Assembly (NCBI GenBank): GCA_965240325.2
Contig: OZ251253.1
Location: forward strand, 248,001-312,000
Length of the DNA stretch: 64,000 bases
Origin: Rebecca billardiae RCC1528
Lineage: Eukaryota; Protista; Haptophyta
Direction: 5' to 3'
Position 1 is the stretch's first letter. Each line of letters starts with the position of its first letter. Below the pieces are notes generated by a model. That model searched no databases. It saw nothing but the letters and a program-made list of their open reading frames with translations, and was not told the DNA's origin. Positions 1 through 10,893 of the stretch are shown piece after piece. A program made the translations under genes and the position numbers.

Positions 1-231
1 CGCGGGGCGCGCGGAGCAGCGCGGGCAGCGCGGAGCAGCGCGGAGCAGCGCGGAGCAGCGCGGAGCGCGCGGAGCAGCGCGGAGCAGCGCGGAGCAGCGC
101 GGAGCAGCGCGGAGCAGCGCGGAGCAGCGCGGAGCAGCGCGGAGCAGCGCGGAGCGCGCGGAGCAGCGCGGAGCAGCGCGGAGCAGCGCGGAGCAGCGCG
201 GAGCAGCGCGGAGCAGCGCGGAGCAGCGCGG
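1..231. repeat. 10-bp tandem satellite (GCGCGGAGCA)n, running off the window start
   Basis: About 20 near-perfect GCGCGGAGCA units read directly, with occasional 8-bp deletion variants. Confidence 0.95.
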
Positions 232-596
232 GCGTCATGCTGGTACACTGGATTTGTCCAAGGAAAGCAGGTGAGCAGCACCGGACATGGACGAGAAGCA
301 GTGGTACAAAGTTGAGCGGCAACAGGACGGCGGACGGTGCGATCGCCGATTGGCTGATCGCGGCAAAATCTGGGTAAGTCGGCACGGCGATGATACTACC
401 GCCCCGAGCCCAGGAGCGATCGGAGCTCGATCGCTGTTTTGGCCCGGCGCAAGAGCGCCGGAAATAAGGGCCAGGTTCAGAGGCTTGAGAGCTGATGAGA
501 TCGCGAGGCATGTGATCCTCGCGGTGGCGTCCGTCCTGTCGTGCGCGGTGAGCTTTTAGCAGGGCTCGAGACGCTCGGAGCTTGCGGTAATCCCAA

Positions 597-1140
597 TATA
601 TGGTACTGCATGATATGGTATTGCATGATGGTACTGTATGGTATAGTGGTTCTGCTGTGCGCATGGTACGTACGGTGACCTTATGGTGCTGCAGTGCACG
701 CACAAGTGGTATGGTCACTGCACGGTACTGTATGGTATGTACATGGTAATGCTGTGCGCATGGTACCGGTATGGTGCTGCCGCGCGCATGGTATGGTACT
801 GCATGGTACTGTATGGTATGGTACTGCTGTGCGCATGGCAGTAGTATGGTACTGCATCATGGCATGGTACTGCTGTGCGCATGGTATGGTACCGTGGCAT
901 CATGGTATGGTACTGCTGTGCGCATGGTACTTGGTACTGCATGGTATGGTACTGCATGATGGTACTATGTTGGATGGCGTTAATCACACCTTAACCAAGT
1001 GTGCACGTTAAATCATAGTAAACTGTATCATGGTATGCAGGTACTGCGTCTGCTGCGCGCATGGTATGGTACTGCTGTGCGCATGGTATGGTGCTGCATG
1101 GTATGGTATGGTACTGCATCGTATGGTACTGCGCGCATGC
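597..1140. repeat. Degenerate satellite built from ATGGT, ATGGTACTG(C/T) and CTGTGCGC modules
   Basis: Repeated ATGGTATGGTACTGC and TGCTGTGCGCATGG motifs; overlapping ORFs are repetitive nonsense. Confidence 0.85.
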
Positions 1141-2354
1141 ACATCGATCATGCGATGTACCGAGCTGACAGCATGATGCGCATCATGCGACGATTGTCGT
1201 GTACCGAGCTGACCGAGCATGATGTGAGCTCATGGCAGTCAGCACCACCACCATCTGCTACTACTGTCCTACCACTACAACGCCAGTCTACCGCCATCAA
1301 GCTTTTCCGACCACCACCACCTACTACTTCCACCGCCGCCACCACCGCCACCACCATCACCACCACAACGCCTGAAGGAGGAAGCAGCCCGACACTAGGC
1401 TTGAAGGCCCGCACGCACGCGTGCGGTGCGCGCGGCTGCGGTTGGCGCTTGGATCAGTCGGGCGGCAGGGGCGAGATTGACGTACGATGCAGCAGCTTCT
1501 GAAGCTGCTGCTTCCTCCTTCCGTCGAGCTGCTGTCTGAAGGAGGAAGCAGCACTGCGCGAAGCAGCCTCAGGCAGCAAACACTAATAAGCGTTTCACAG
1601 AAACGCGCGCGCGGGGCGAGGAGCGGCGGTCGCGGCGCGGGGCTCGGAAGGACAGCCGGGGCGGAATTCACGTATGAGGGGCACTCGTCACTATGCCGCA
1701 TGCGCATCGGCACTAACCACGCGCCGCCTCCACTGGGGTGTCCGCGGTCGCAGGAGCGTGCGCCTCGCGAAAGCAGGCGCCGCGTCAACGCGGCGGCACA
1801 GGTCCGGAACGTGCCGGTTCCGGTCCGTTGAGCAGGTAGAGAGTGCACGCTATGCGAGTAATGAGTTGCTCATCCGTGCACCACTCGGCAAATAAAACTC
1901 TGCCCTGGCGGGCGGGGGGGTCGGCGGGCCGTGCCAGTGCTGTCGCAATATTTCCCCAGCGGATCGGCTAGTGGCTGGCCCTCTGCCCACACTGGGGCGC
2001 CCTAGGGGGTGCCCAGTCTGCCGACTCGGCTCAAACTCGATGATCTCGAATTGCAAGGCAGTGCACTGCTGGTACCTGGGACCACCCCACAGTGTTGGGC
2101 TTGTATGCTGTCGGCAATGGCATACCCCCGCCCCCTCTGGAGGCGGGCTGTCCACAGCGGAGTGGTGTCAAGGCACTCGGTGTATCGGTCAGTGGTTTGA
2201 GGTTGGGTGAGGGTGGTGGTTGGTTGGGGGCTGGCCAGGGTAGGGCTGGAGGCTTCGGCCGCCAGTCTGATCACCCGGAGCCCGTTATAAAGGGGAATTT
2301 AAAAAAAAAGGGTTCGCGCCTTTTATTTAGCGGTTTGACGGGCAGGATGACGAA

Positions 2355-2983
2355 TTATAACAATGCGACACACAGATGATGGTGAGCTACCTGACTCACT
2401 GACGAATAATAACGCGACAGCATCTCCTCCTGCCGCCAGCTGAGATCGTGTGTCGCGAGGATGCCGATGTCCGCTCCGGGCACGATGGGCTCGGCGAAGG
2501 TCGCGTCGGCGTCGTGCACGGCCGCCACGCTGCGCAACAACGCGTCCAGGTCCAAGCGCTCGTCGGCGCTCGCCGCTTCGCGCGACAGGTCCGGCACCCG
2601 CACGTTCGGCGGTATCAGGAGCTGTCGGCGGTGCGCGCGCGCGCAGTGCGAGAGCGTGTGCCACTCGCGATCGAGGGTGGGCACGCGCTGCTCGAGCAGG
2701 CACAGGAAGCGCAGCGCATGTGCCACTGGCTTCACGACGTCGGCCTCGTCCCGCAGCGCTCGTGACATGGTGGAGGATGGGGCGACAATGTTGCACGCTC
2801 GGCGTTTCAGCTCGTGGCGGATGCGCCTCTGGGATCGGTCATACTGTAGCGCTGTGCGACGAGGGCCGCCGACTCGCCAAGACGCGGTTCCTGCCACGGC
2901 GACAGACACGGCAGCTGCGTTCGCTGCGCCTCGTACGCCGCTTTGCGCTGCGCCTCCGTCGCATTGGTCACCGTCGACGCCAT
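2355..2983 (-). pseudogene. Possible frameshifted hypothetical gene
   Basis: MASTVTNATEAQRK...MTDP frame (ATG 2983) joins the RRIRHELKRR...WRQEEMLSRYY frame (ORF 2355..2909) if 2 nt are removed near 2828; codon usage looks coding; no family recognised. Confidence 0.3.
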
Positions 2984-3649
2984 GGCTTGGCCGGGAACTG
3001 GTACAGCTGTAGCAAACGGATTTGCATGCGCCCGGCTTTGAGAAGTTGTGGCACGCGACAGTCCGGTGCGCCGTTTCCGGCGATCGAGTTCAGAAGGCCG
3101 CGCCAAAGCTTGCGTCGCGTGCGATGGCGCTTCCCGCCCGCGAGACGCCTCGTGATGAGGGCCTTTCCGCACCGAGCCCGACGCGCGACGGTGGATCGCG
3201 CGAGGTGGTTGTCGTGCGCAGCGCTTAATACTATGGCTCGTGCGAGCGCTCGACGTGCAAGTCGGGCCAGGACCGCCCCAGGTCGCACGATCGTGTCGAC
3301 GCGCCGACCGTGCCTCCAAACGCGTCGACTTTGGCCCCCGTTCGACCTGCACGCGAGACGAGGAGGGCAGCAATCGCGAATCGGGCGAAAACACGTCTCG
3401 GGAATCCTCGCGCGATGTCTGCGCCGGCGTTGGATTCGGCGCGCGCCGCCCACGCGCTCCGCGCCATGGCCGGCATGGTTTTCGGCCGAGCGTCCCCAGT
3501 GGGAGCTGCGAGGGCGCCCGGTAGTGAGCGAAGCGACCCGGCAGTGAGCGAGGCGATTTTCTTTTCTGTGCGAGGCGATTTTCTTTTTCCTTTTTCTTTT
3601 TCTTATCTTTTTCCCGGGCACTACAAGGGGCGGACCTACGGCCCGCCAT

Positions 3650-4321
3650 ACAGGTGAAAGGAGGGTTGCACCAAAGTTGCACCACCACTGCTGCACCACT
3701 CCGAACCGAATACATCAGACGATGAAAGGAGGGGTGCACTTGTTGGGTGCACGACCACTGCTGCACCACTCCGGATGATACAGATGAAAGGAGGGGTGCA
3801 CCAGCACCGCACTCCGTGCACCACTCCAAATTCAGATGAAAGGAGGGTTGATGCATCACCACTGCTGCACCACACCGAATAATGGCATCAGACGATGAAA
3901 GGAGGGGTGCACTTGTCGGGTGCACCACTCCGGATGATACAGATGAAAGGAGGGGTGCACCAGCCACCAGCACCGCACTCCGTGCACCACTCCAAATAGT
4001 ACAGATGAAAGGAGGGTTGATCACTTGATGCACCACCACTCACACTGCTGCACCACTCCGAATAATACATCAGACGATGAAGGAGGGGTGTACTTGTTGG
4101 GTGCACCACCACTGCTGCACCACTCCGGATGATACCATACAGATCGGAAAGGAGGGGTGCATGCACCACACTCCGTGCACCACTCCAAATAATACAGATG
4201 ATGAAAGGAGGGTTGATGCACCACCACTGCGTCTGCTGCACCACTCCGAATACAGATGAAAGGGTGCACCACCACTGCCGTGCTGCAACACTCCGAATAC
4301 AGATGAAAGGAGGGGTGCACG
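3650..4321. repeat. Degenerate minisatellite (CAGATGAAAGGAGGGGTGCAC / CACCACTGCTGCACCACTCCG modules)
   Basis: About ten GATGAAAGGAGGG motifs alternating with GCACCACTCC(G/A). Confidence 0.85.
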
Positions 4322-5439
4322 ACTTACTTACTGATGTACCGGTCCGTGTTCATTACTTACAACAAAACTTGCGATGCGGTACCACCCGGTCGGTACCCTC
4401 ACTTTGCACGGAAAACCGTTGGCACCAATTGGGATCTGACTAAACTGTATTCCGTGGGATACTTATTGGAAGGCCATCAATCTTGTAGGAATCACCGGAC
4501 TACGCGTGTCCTACCGGAAAACTCGCTCCGCTCGCATTGGTTGTTCTTACCGAACACCAATGCGAGCGGGGCTCGCGATTATTATTTTGATATAGAGTCA
4601 GCTGAGACAACTGCAGCGCAGTCAGTGACTACAGTGCGCCGCCAGTCTACCAACTCCTGGACTCAGTGACGTGACTGATGAGTGAGTATGACGGCTACGA
4701 GCGCGCGGGTCCCGGGCTACGGCCAGCCCGTGACGGTTTCAGCGAGTAAATTTACACGGGCGGATTCGCCATTCGCAGGTCGCAGACGAAGAGGCCACAG
4801 GACTGTCAGTGTAGTGAGTACGTAACTCAGTCGAGCGGCGCGAGCCATCTAGTGAGATGGCGCGTCAGCCCGCCAACCGTGGGGGGCCGAGAATTGCTAC
4901 CTACCAGACCCGTGCCCGCCTCGCGCACGACCACCGGGCGCCAAGCCTCCGCCTTCGCCAGCGTGGACCCGAGGCGAGGCCGCACGCCACTTCAGGCCTT
5001 CAGCCACTTTGCAGGCGCGCGGGCGTCGTGCGGGTTGCGGGCGTCGCGCGGCCGGGGGTTTGAGGCTTGCTGCCTCAGTCACAGTGTTGGGCTGCCGTTT
5101 ACCCCTGGGCTGACCACTTCACTGATGACAATGTGGACGGACCGATGAAAACAAGGACAAAACATCAAACAGCAAAGCAGGTTTGATACGAAGGAAACTG
5201 CTTGACGACGACGTGCTCACTACGTAGTAGTAAAGTTGAGTCGCGAACTGATGTGATTAAAGTACAGTATCTAGATTACTGTCCGACTGTTAATCTTGAG
5301 AACAACTCCACTACAGCTGAGTACAGCACTCCAGTTCTGAATGAAGTTCGTCAATCCGCAGTTCAGCACCAAAGACACGTGACGGTGAGGTGACTGAGCA
5401 ACCGCGTCCCTTCGGCACGGCGTTTTCCTGACCATCATC

Positions 5440-8400
5440 ATGTCCCCTGCCAGCCTCGTCGGGAAGGAAGTGGTGATCATCGGCAGCGGTGCTCGTGCGC
5501 GCGTGAGCGAGTGCATCGGCGATGACCGTCTCGTGCTCGCTCCGGGCAGCACGATCCGCGACGTAGGGCCCGACCGCGTGCTCGCGCTGCCCCTCGCGCC
5601 CAGCTCCGCGCAGTACTTCAACGAGCACAACCTCGACTTCGACACGCGTGTCGGCGACGGCTTCGTCGACCCCGGCCGTATGCGCGGCGATGCTGCGCTA
5701 CCCGCGCCAGAAGATCTTGCTCGCCGTCCCGCTGGCTCGCCAGGTGGCCGCGAGGTGCTCGTGGTCGACACGCGCATCGACGCGGCCCTGCGCGATCGCA
5801 TCGAGGTGGCTCGCTCTCGGCTACAGCCCATCACGGACATGCGCGATCGCATCAAGGTGCTGGGCGCGCACGTGTCCGAGGTGCTCGGGGGCTTGACGGA
5901 CGATCTCGTCGAGCAGTCCAACAACGATATCAGCGCGCTCGTGCAGGAAAGGGGCTCGATGCTCGTGCCGCTCGGCGACATCTCGCTAGGCGTGTGCCGG
6001 CACCGCGCGCTGCTCTTCAAAGTGCTGTGCGACGCGCTCGGCATCGAGTGCGCGCTGGTGCGCGGCGACTTCGCGGGGACCAGGTCTGCTGGGGCGCACG
6101 CGTGGAACGTGGTGCACGTTTACGGCAGCGCGTACATCGTCGACGTGATGCACCGGCCGGGCGAGATCTACCGGCGAGAGGACGCGGACGCGTGTGCGCG
6201 CTACCATCGCCTCGCCGAGCGCGGCGCTGGCGGCGCTGCGCAGCATCACGGTGCCGGCCTGAACAGCCTGCCCGCGCCAGCGCCGCGTCAGCAGTGGTAC
6301 GTGCGCCCGGCCGACGTCCAGATCGAGCGCGGCGTGGATGGCGGCGAGGTGCTGCTCGGCAGCGGCGGCTTTGGGCGCGTGTACGCGGCGCGGCTGCGGG
6401 GCGCGCAGCCGGTCGCGGTGAAGCGGCTGAACGCCGCGGGGTCCGAAGCGCGCCGCGAGTTTGAGCCCGAGGTGGCGATGCTGCACCAGCTGCGCCACGC
6501 GCACATCGTGAGCTTCTACGGCGCGTGCGACGAGCCGGAGAACCTGATGATCGTCACCGAGCGCATGCGCGGTGGCAGCCTGAGCGACGCGCTCGCGATT
6601 GAGCCGACGCGCGTGGCGTGGGCGGCGGGCGGGCAGCGCATCGCGCTGCACGTGGCGTACGCGCTGCACTACCTGCACACGCTCGAGCCGCCCGTGGTGC
6701 ACTACGACGTCAAGCCGGCCAACGTGCTCCTCACCGAGGACTACAGCCTGGCCAAGCTCGCCGATGTCGGGCTGGCGCGCACCAAGTCACACTCGCGCGT
6801 GACGGTGCCAGGGCTCACGCTCGCGTTTGCCGCGCCCGAGGTGCTGCTCGGCCGCCACGCGAGCGAGAAGGCCGACGTCTTCAGCTTTGGCGTGCTCGTC
6901 GAGGTGCTGCTCACGCAGCAGCAGCCGAACGGGCGGGCGCGCGCTCGAGTGCCCGCCGGCACGCCGACGGCAGTCCGCCGCCTGCATGCGCGCTGCATGC
7001 TAGAGGAACCAGCGCTCCGGCCCAGTGCCTCCGAGCTCGTCGTGGCGCTTGAGGGCGCAGCCGATGCGGCTGAGAGGGCGGCTGGTGGCGGAGCGGCGGC
7101 GCACGCCGCTGCGCACATGGCTGCGCAGCCGTCGCCGCACGAGCCGCCCGTAGCGGTGCCGTCGCCGCCCGGGCCGCCCGCCGCAGTCGCAGGCCCCGCC
7201 GCTGCAGCTGTGCCCGGATCGGCAGCGCTGGCAGCGATGGGCTGGGCTGAGCTTTGCGCTGCCATCCTCACCGCCGCGTCCGACCCAGCCGCAGCTGAGT
7301 GCGCGCTGAGAGTAGCTGCGGCGCGGACGCGATCAGAAATCAAAGCTAGGCAGCAGGCGGCCGAGGCGGGCGCGCTCGAGGCGGTGGTGCGCGTGATGGG
7401 CGCGCACGCCGCGCACGCGGGCGTGCAGGAGCAGGCGTGCACGGCGCTGCGCCACATCTGCGCCGGCACCGACGCGGCTGGCCTCGCGCGCAAGCAGCGG
7501 GCGGCGGAGGCGGGCGCGCTCGAGGCGGCGGTGCGCGCGATGGGCGCGCACGCCGCGCACGCGGGCATGCAGGAGCAGGCGTGCTTGGCGCTGTGCAATG
7601 TCAGCGCCGGCACCGACGCGGCTGGCCTCGCGCGCAAGCAGCGGGCGGCCGAGGCGGGCGCGCTCGAGGCGGCGGTGCGCGCGATGGGCGCGCACGGCGC
7701 GCACGCGGGCGTGCAGCAGTACGGGTGCTGGGCGCTGTGCACCATCTGCGCCGGCAACGACGCGGCTGGCCACGCGCGCGCGCAGCGGGCGGCCGAGGCG
7801 GGCGCGCTCGAGGCGGCGGTGCGCGCGATGGGCGCGCACGCCGCGCACGCGGGCGTGCAGCAGTACGGGTGCTGGGCGCTGCGCAACATCTGCTTCGGCA
7901 CCGACGCGGCTGGCCTCGCGCGCAAGCAGCGGGCGGCCGAGGCGGGCGCGCTCGAGGCGGCGGTGCGCGCGATGGGCGCGCACGCCGCGCACGCGGGCGT
8001 GCAGGAGCAGGCGTGCCGGGTGCTGTGCAACATCTGCCTCGGCACCGACGCGGCTGGCCGCGCGCGCGCGCAGCGGGCGGCCGAGGCGGGCGCGCTCGAG
8101 GCGGCGGTGCGCGCGATGGGCGCGCACGCCGCGCACGCGGGCGTGCAGCAGTACGCGTGCTTGGCGCTGTGCAACATCTGTGTCGGCAGCGACGCGGCTG
8201 GCCTCGCGCGCGCGCAGCGGGCGGCCGAGGCGGGCGCGCTCGAGGCGGCGGTGCGCGCGATGGGCGCGCACGCCGCGCACGCGGGCGTGCAGCAGTACGG
8301 GTGCTGGGCGCTGTGCACCATCTGCGCCGGCAACGACGCGGCTGCCCACGCGCGCGCGCAGCGGGCGGCCGAGGCGGGCGCGCTCGAGGCGGCGGTGCGC

Positions 8401-9333
8401 GCGATGGGCGCGCACGCCGCGCACGCGGGCGTGCAGCAGTACGGGTGCTGGGCGCTGCGCAACATCTGCTTCGGCACCGACGCGGCTGGCCTCGCGCGCA
8501 AGCAGCGGGCGGCCGAGGCGGGCGCGCTCGAGGCGGCGGTGCGCGCGATGGGCGCGCACGCCGCGCACGCGGGCGTGCAGGAGCAGGCGTGCTTGGCGCT
8601 GTGCACCATCTGCGCCGGCACCGACGCGGCTGGCCTCGCGCGCGCGCAGCGGGCGGCCGAGGCGGGCGCGCTCGAGGCGGCGGTGCGCGCGATGGGCGCG
8701 CACGGCGCGCACGCGGACGTGCAGCAGTACGGGTGCTGGGCGCTGTGCAACATCTGCGCCGGCACCGACGCGGCTGGCCTCGCGCGCAAGCAGCGGGCGG
8801 CCGAGGCGGGCGCGCTCGAGGCGGCGGTGCGCGCGATGGGCGCGCACGGCGCGCACGCGGGCGTGCAGCAGTACGCGTGCATGGCGCTGTGCAACATCTG
8901 CGCTGGCACCGGCGCGGCTGTCCTCGCGCTCGAACAGCGGGCGGCCGAGGCGGGCGCGCTCGAGGCGGCGGTGCGCGCGATGGGCGCGCACGGCGCGCAC
9001 GCGGGCGTGCAGCAGTACGCGTGCTGGGCGCTGGCCAGCGTCTGCAACGGCACCGACGCGGCTGGCCTCGCGCGCGCGCAGCGGGCGGCCGAGGCGGGCG
9101 CGCTCGAGGCGGCGGTGCGCGCGATGGGCGCGCACGCCGCGCACGCGGGCGTGCAGGAGCAGGCGTGCCGGGTGCTGTGCAACATCTGCGGCGGCACCGA
9201 CGCGGCTGGCCTCGCGCGCGCGCAGCGGGCGGCCAAGGCGGGCGCGCGTGGGGCTCTCGAGGCTGCGCAGGCTGCACACTCGAGCCACAGCCAGATCAGG
9301 AGCTTGACGACGCAGCTGCTCGGCATGATATAG
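5440..9333 (+). CDS. EDR1/CTR1-like domain + TKL-type non-RD protein kinase + 13 armadillo repeats (1297 aa, intronless)
   Basis: EDR1 motifs GVCRHRALLFKVLCD, HAWNVV, YIVDVMHRPG; kinase motifs LGSGGFGRVY, VAVK, HYDVKPANVLL, DVG, APE; ARM consensus AGALEAAVRAM...VQxxACxALxNI. Confidence 0.9.
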   Translation: MSPASLVGKEVVIIGSGARARVSECIGDDRLVLAPGSTIRDVGPDRVLALPLAPSSAQYFNEHNLDFDTRVGDGFVDPGRMRGDAALPAPEDLARRPAGSPGGREVLVVDTRIDAALRDRIEVARSRLQPITDMRDRIKVLGAHVSEVLGGLTDDLVEQSNNDISALVQERGSMLVPLGDISLGVCRHRALLFKVLCDALGIECALVRGDFAGTRSAGAHAWNVVHVYGSAYIVDVMHRPGEIYRREDADACARYHRLAERGAGGAAQHHGAGLNSLPAPAPRQQWYVRPADVQIERGVDGGEVLLGSGGFGRVYAARLRGAQPVAVKRLNAAGSEARREFEPEVAMLHQLRHAHIVSFYGACDEPENLMIVTERMRGGSLSDALAIEPTRVAWAAGGQRIALHVAYALHYLHTLEPPVVHYDVKPANVLLTEDYSLAKLADVGLARTKSHSRVTVPGLTLAFAAPEVLLGRHASEKADVFSFGVLVEVLLTQQQPNGRARARVPAGTPTAVRRLHARCMLEEPALRPSASELVVALEGAADAAERAAGGGAAAHAAAHMAAQPSPHEPPVAVPSPPGPPAAVAGPAAAAVPGSAALAAMGWAELCAAILTAASDPAAAECALRVAAARTRSEIKARQQAAEAGALEAVVRVMGAHAAHAGVQEQACTALRHICAGTDAAGLARKQRAAEAGALEAAVRAMGAHAAHAGMQEQACLALCNVSAGTDAAGLARKQRAAEAGALEAAVRAMGAHGAHAGVQQYGCWALCTICAGNDAAGHARAQRAAEAGALEAAVRAMGAHAAHAGVQQYGCWALRNICFGTDAAGLARKQRAAEAGALEAAVRAMGAHAAHAGVQEQACRVLCNICLGTDAAGRARAQRAAEAGALEAAVRAMGAHAAHAGVQQYACLALCNICVGSDAAGLARAQRAAEAGALEAAVRAMGAHAAHAGVQQYGCWALCTICAGNDAAAHARAQRAAEAGALEAAVRAMGAHAAHAGVQQYGCWALRNICFGTDAAGLARKQRAAEAGALEAAVRAMGAHAAHAGVQEQACLALCTICAGTDAAGLARAQRAAEAGALEAAVRAMGAHGAHADVQQYGCWALCNICAGTDAAGLARKQRAAEAGALEAAVRAMGAHGAHAGVQQYACMALCNICAGTGAAVLALEQRAAEAGALEAAVRAMGAHGAHAGVQQYACWALASVCNGTDAAGLARAQRAAEAGALEAAVRAMGAHAAHAGVQEQACRVLCNICGGTDAAGLARAQRAAKAGARGALEAAQAAHSSHSQIRSLTTQLLGMI
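7357..9228 (+). repeat. Coding tandem array, 13 x 144 bp (48-aa ARM repeats)
   Basis: GCGGCCGAGGCGGGCGCGCTCGAG recurs every 144 bp; span 1872 = 13 x 144. Confidence 0.95.
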
Positions 9334-9363
9334 CTAGGCCGTGAGGCGGGCGCTATTGCAGGC

Positions 9364-9420
9364 TTATTATTATTATTATTATTTTCTAATATATTATTAT
9401 TATTATATTAATTTATTAAG
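9364..9420. repeat. (TAT)n microsatellite in the 3' flank of kinase-ARM gene 1 (also at about 17998 and 24571)
   Basis: TTATTATTA runs directly after each of the three stop codons. Confidence 0.85.
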
Positions 9421-9722
9421 TTCATCTACGGGCGGACCGCGTCATCGCTCGTCGGTTGCGTCATATCAAATCCCGCTGCCGCGGGCGGCCGCTAGCGCGC
9501 TGCGTGCAGTGCTAGCTACTGCGACGGGCTTGGGTCTTGGGGCTGCCCAGCAGGCCCACTCCCAGAGCGAGTCGCCGAGTGTGTGCCCGCGAACGGTTAC
9601 TACACGCGTCGCACTCGCTCCGCGAACAAATTCTGCGCGCTCTCGCGAGCTGATGATATGTACTGTGTCGTCGTCGTATCGTGTCGACCCGTAGTACGGC
9701 AGCAGCCCCACAGTGCCCGCGC

Positions 9723-10461
9723 TCACAGCGCGCCGCCGATCGCCGCGGTGATCGACACGCCGCCCAGGACGATCACCAGCGCGGTCACCGCGCCCGCGAA
9801 CCGCCCCGGGTCGACGCGCCGGTTGATCCACGTGCCGGCCACGCTCGCGACCAGCACGCCCGGCACCGCGGCGAGGCTCTGCGAGAGCAGGTTGGAGGTG
9901 AGCAGCCCGGCGGCGGCGAAGTTGTACATCGCGAGCGCCTGCACGGGCAGGAAGAAGCGCGAGAGCATCGTCCGCTGCTCCGCGGGCGACCACTCGCGCA
10001 ACGTCCCGAACACAACTGCCGGCGGGCCGGGCTCGGCCACCGCGCCGCCGAGCAGCCCGGCGCACAGCCCGAAGAGCGCCGTCTTGGCGAAGGGCAGCGT
10101 GCGCAGCTCGGCGGCGGGGCGCGCGCCGCCGCCTTGCGCGCGCTCCTCGCCCACCAGCTCGAGCGAGGGCAGCTCGCAGAAGTCCGCGTCCGGCCGCGCG
10201 CAGTCCGGGCGGCGCAGCTTCCAGCCGCCGTACCCGACGAGCAGGACTCCGACCACGCCGCGCACGAGGTGCGGGTCGAGGCTGACGAGCGCGCGCACGC
10301 CGAGGGGCACGCCGACGAGCGCGGCGGCGAAGAGCGTGAGCGACTCGACCCACCGCCCCGTCGCGCGCATCTGCCCGTCGAGCAGGTCGGTCACCAAGTT
10401 GGCCGTGACGAGCACGGACGAGACGGCGGTCACGAGCGGCGCCGCCGCCGTCACGTCGAGG
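9723..10461 (-). pseudogene. 5'-truncated TauE/SafE-family transporter (copy 1)
   Basis: Near-identical to 18355..19093, but homology stops at LDVTAAAP; the N-terminal ~115 codons are absent. Confidence 0.8.
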
Positions 10462-10893
10462 TCCGGGCGGTGAGTACGGGCTTTCCGATGGCGGCCGAGG
10501 TTCATGCATGGTCAACGCCGCCATCGGCGAGCCCGCTGCGCCGCGCACCGGCTGCTTCGTCGCCAGTGCTCGACGGAGCGCGCTGCAATTACGCGCGCCG
10601 GCGCACCGGCGCGGCGCGCGCATGCTCCGCCCGAGGTGGGGCCCAAACAAACTTGGTCACGTCCTCTCACCTCCCACTCTGTTGATCTGTGTGGCTCCTG
10701 CTCAGGGACCCACACACATCACCCGGCCTCTCCCACCCCTCTGTTGGGTCTGTGTGCGCCCGCGGGGATAGCCCGCGTGCCGGGGCCATGCGCCCAGCCA
10801 TTGCGGAGTCCACCGCGAGTTGCGACCGGCTGCCAGCGTGCGCGCAGGATGGCTGCCGATGTGCGAACGTCGGTGTAGCTGTGTGCGCCGTGC

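Larger units (their letters stand above)
4578..10461. repeat. Segmental duplication unit, copy 1 (upstream region + kinase-ARM gene + 3' part of TauE); paralogous to 12619..19093
   Basis: Near-identity starts at GATTATT(A)TTTTGATA (4578 vs 12619) and ends at GTCACGTCGAGG(T) (about 10461 vs 19093). Confidence 0.9.

Noticed and set aside
1880-2340. Possible degenerate TIR element (CGGCAAATAAAA ... TTTTATTTAGCGG)
   Set aside because: The match is too short and imperfect, with no TSD and no second copy in the window
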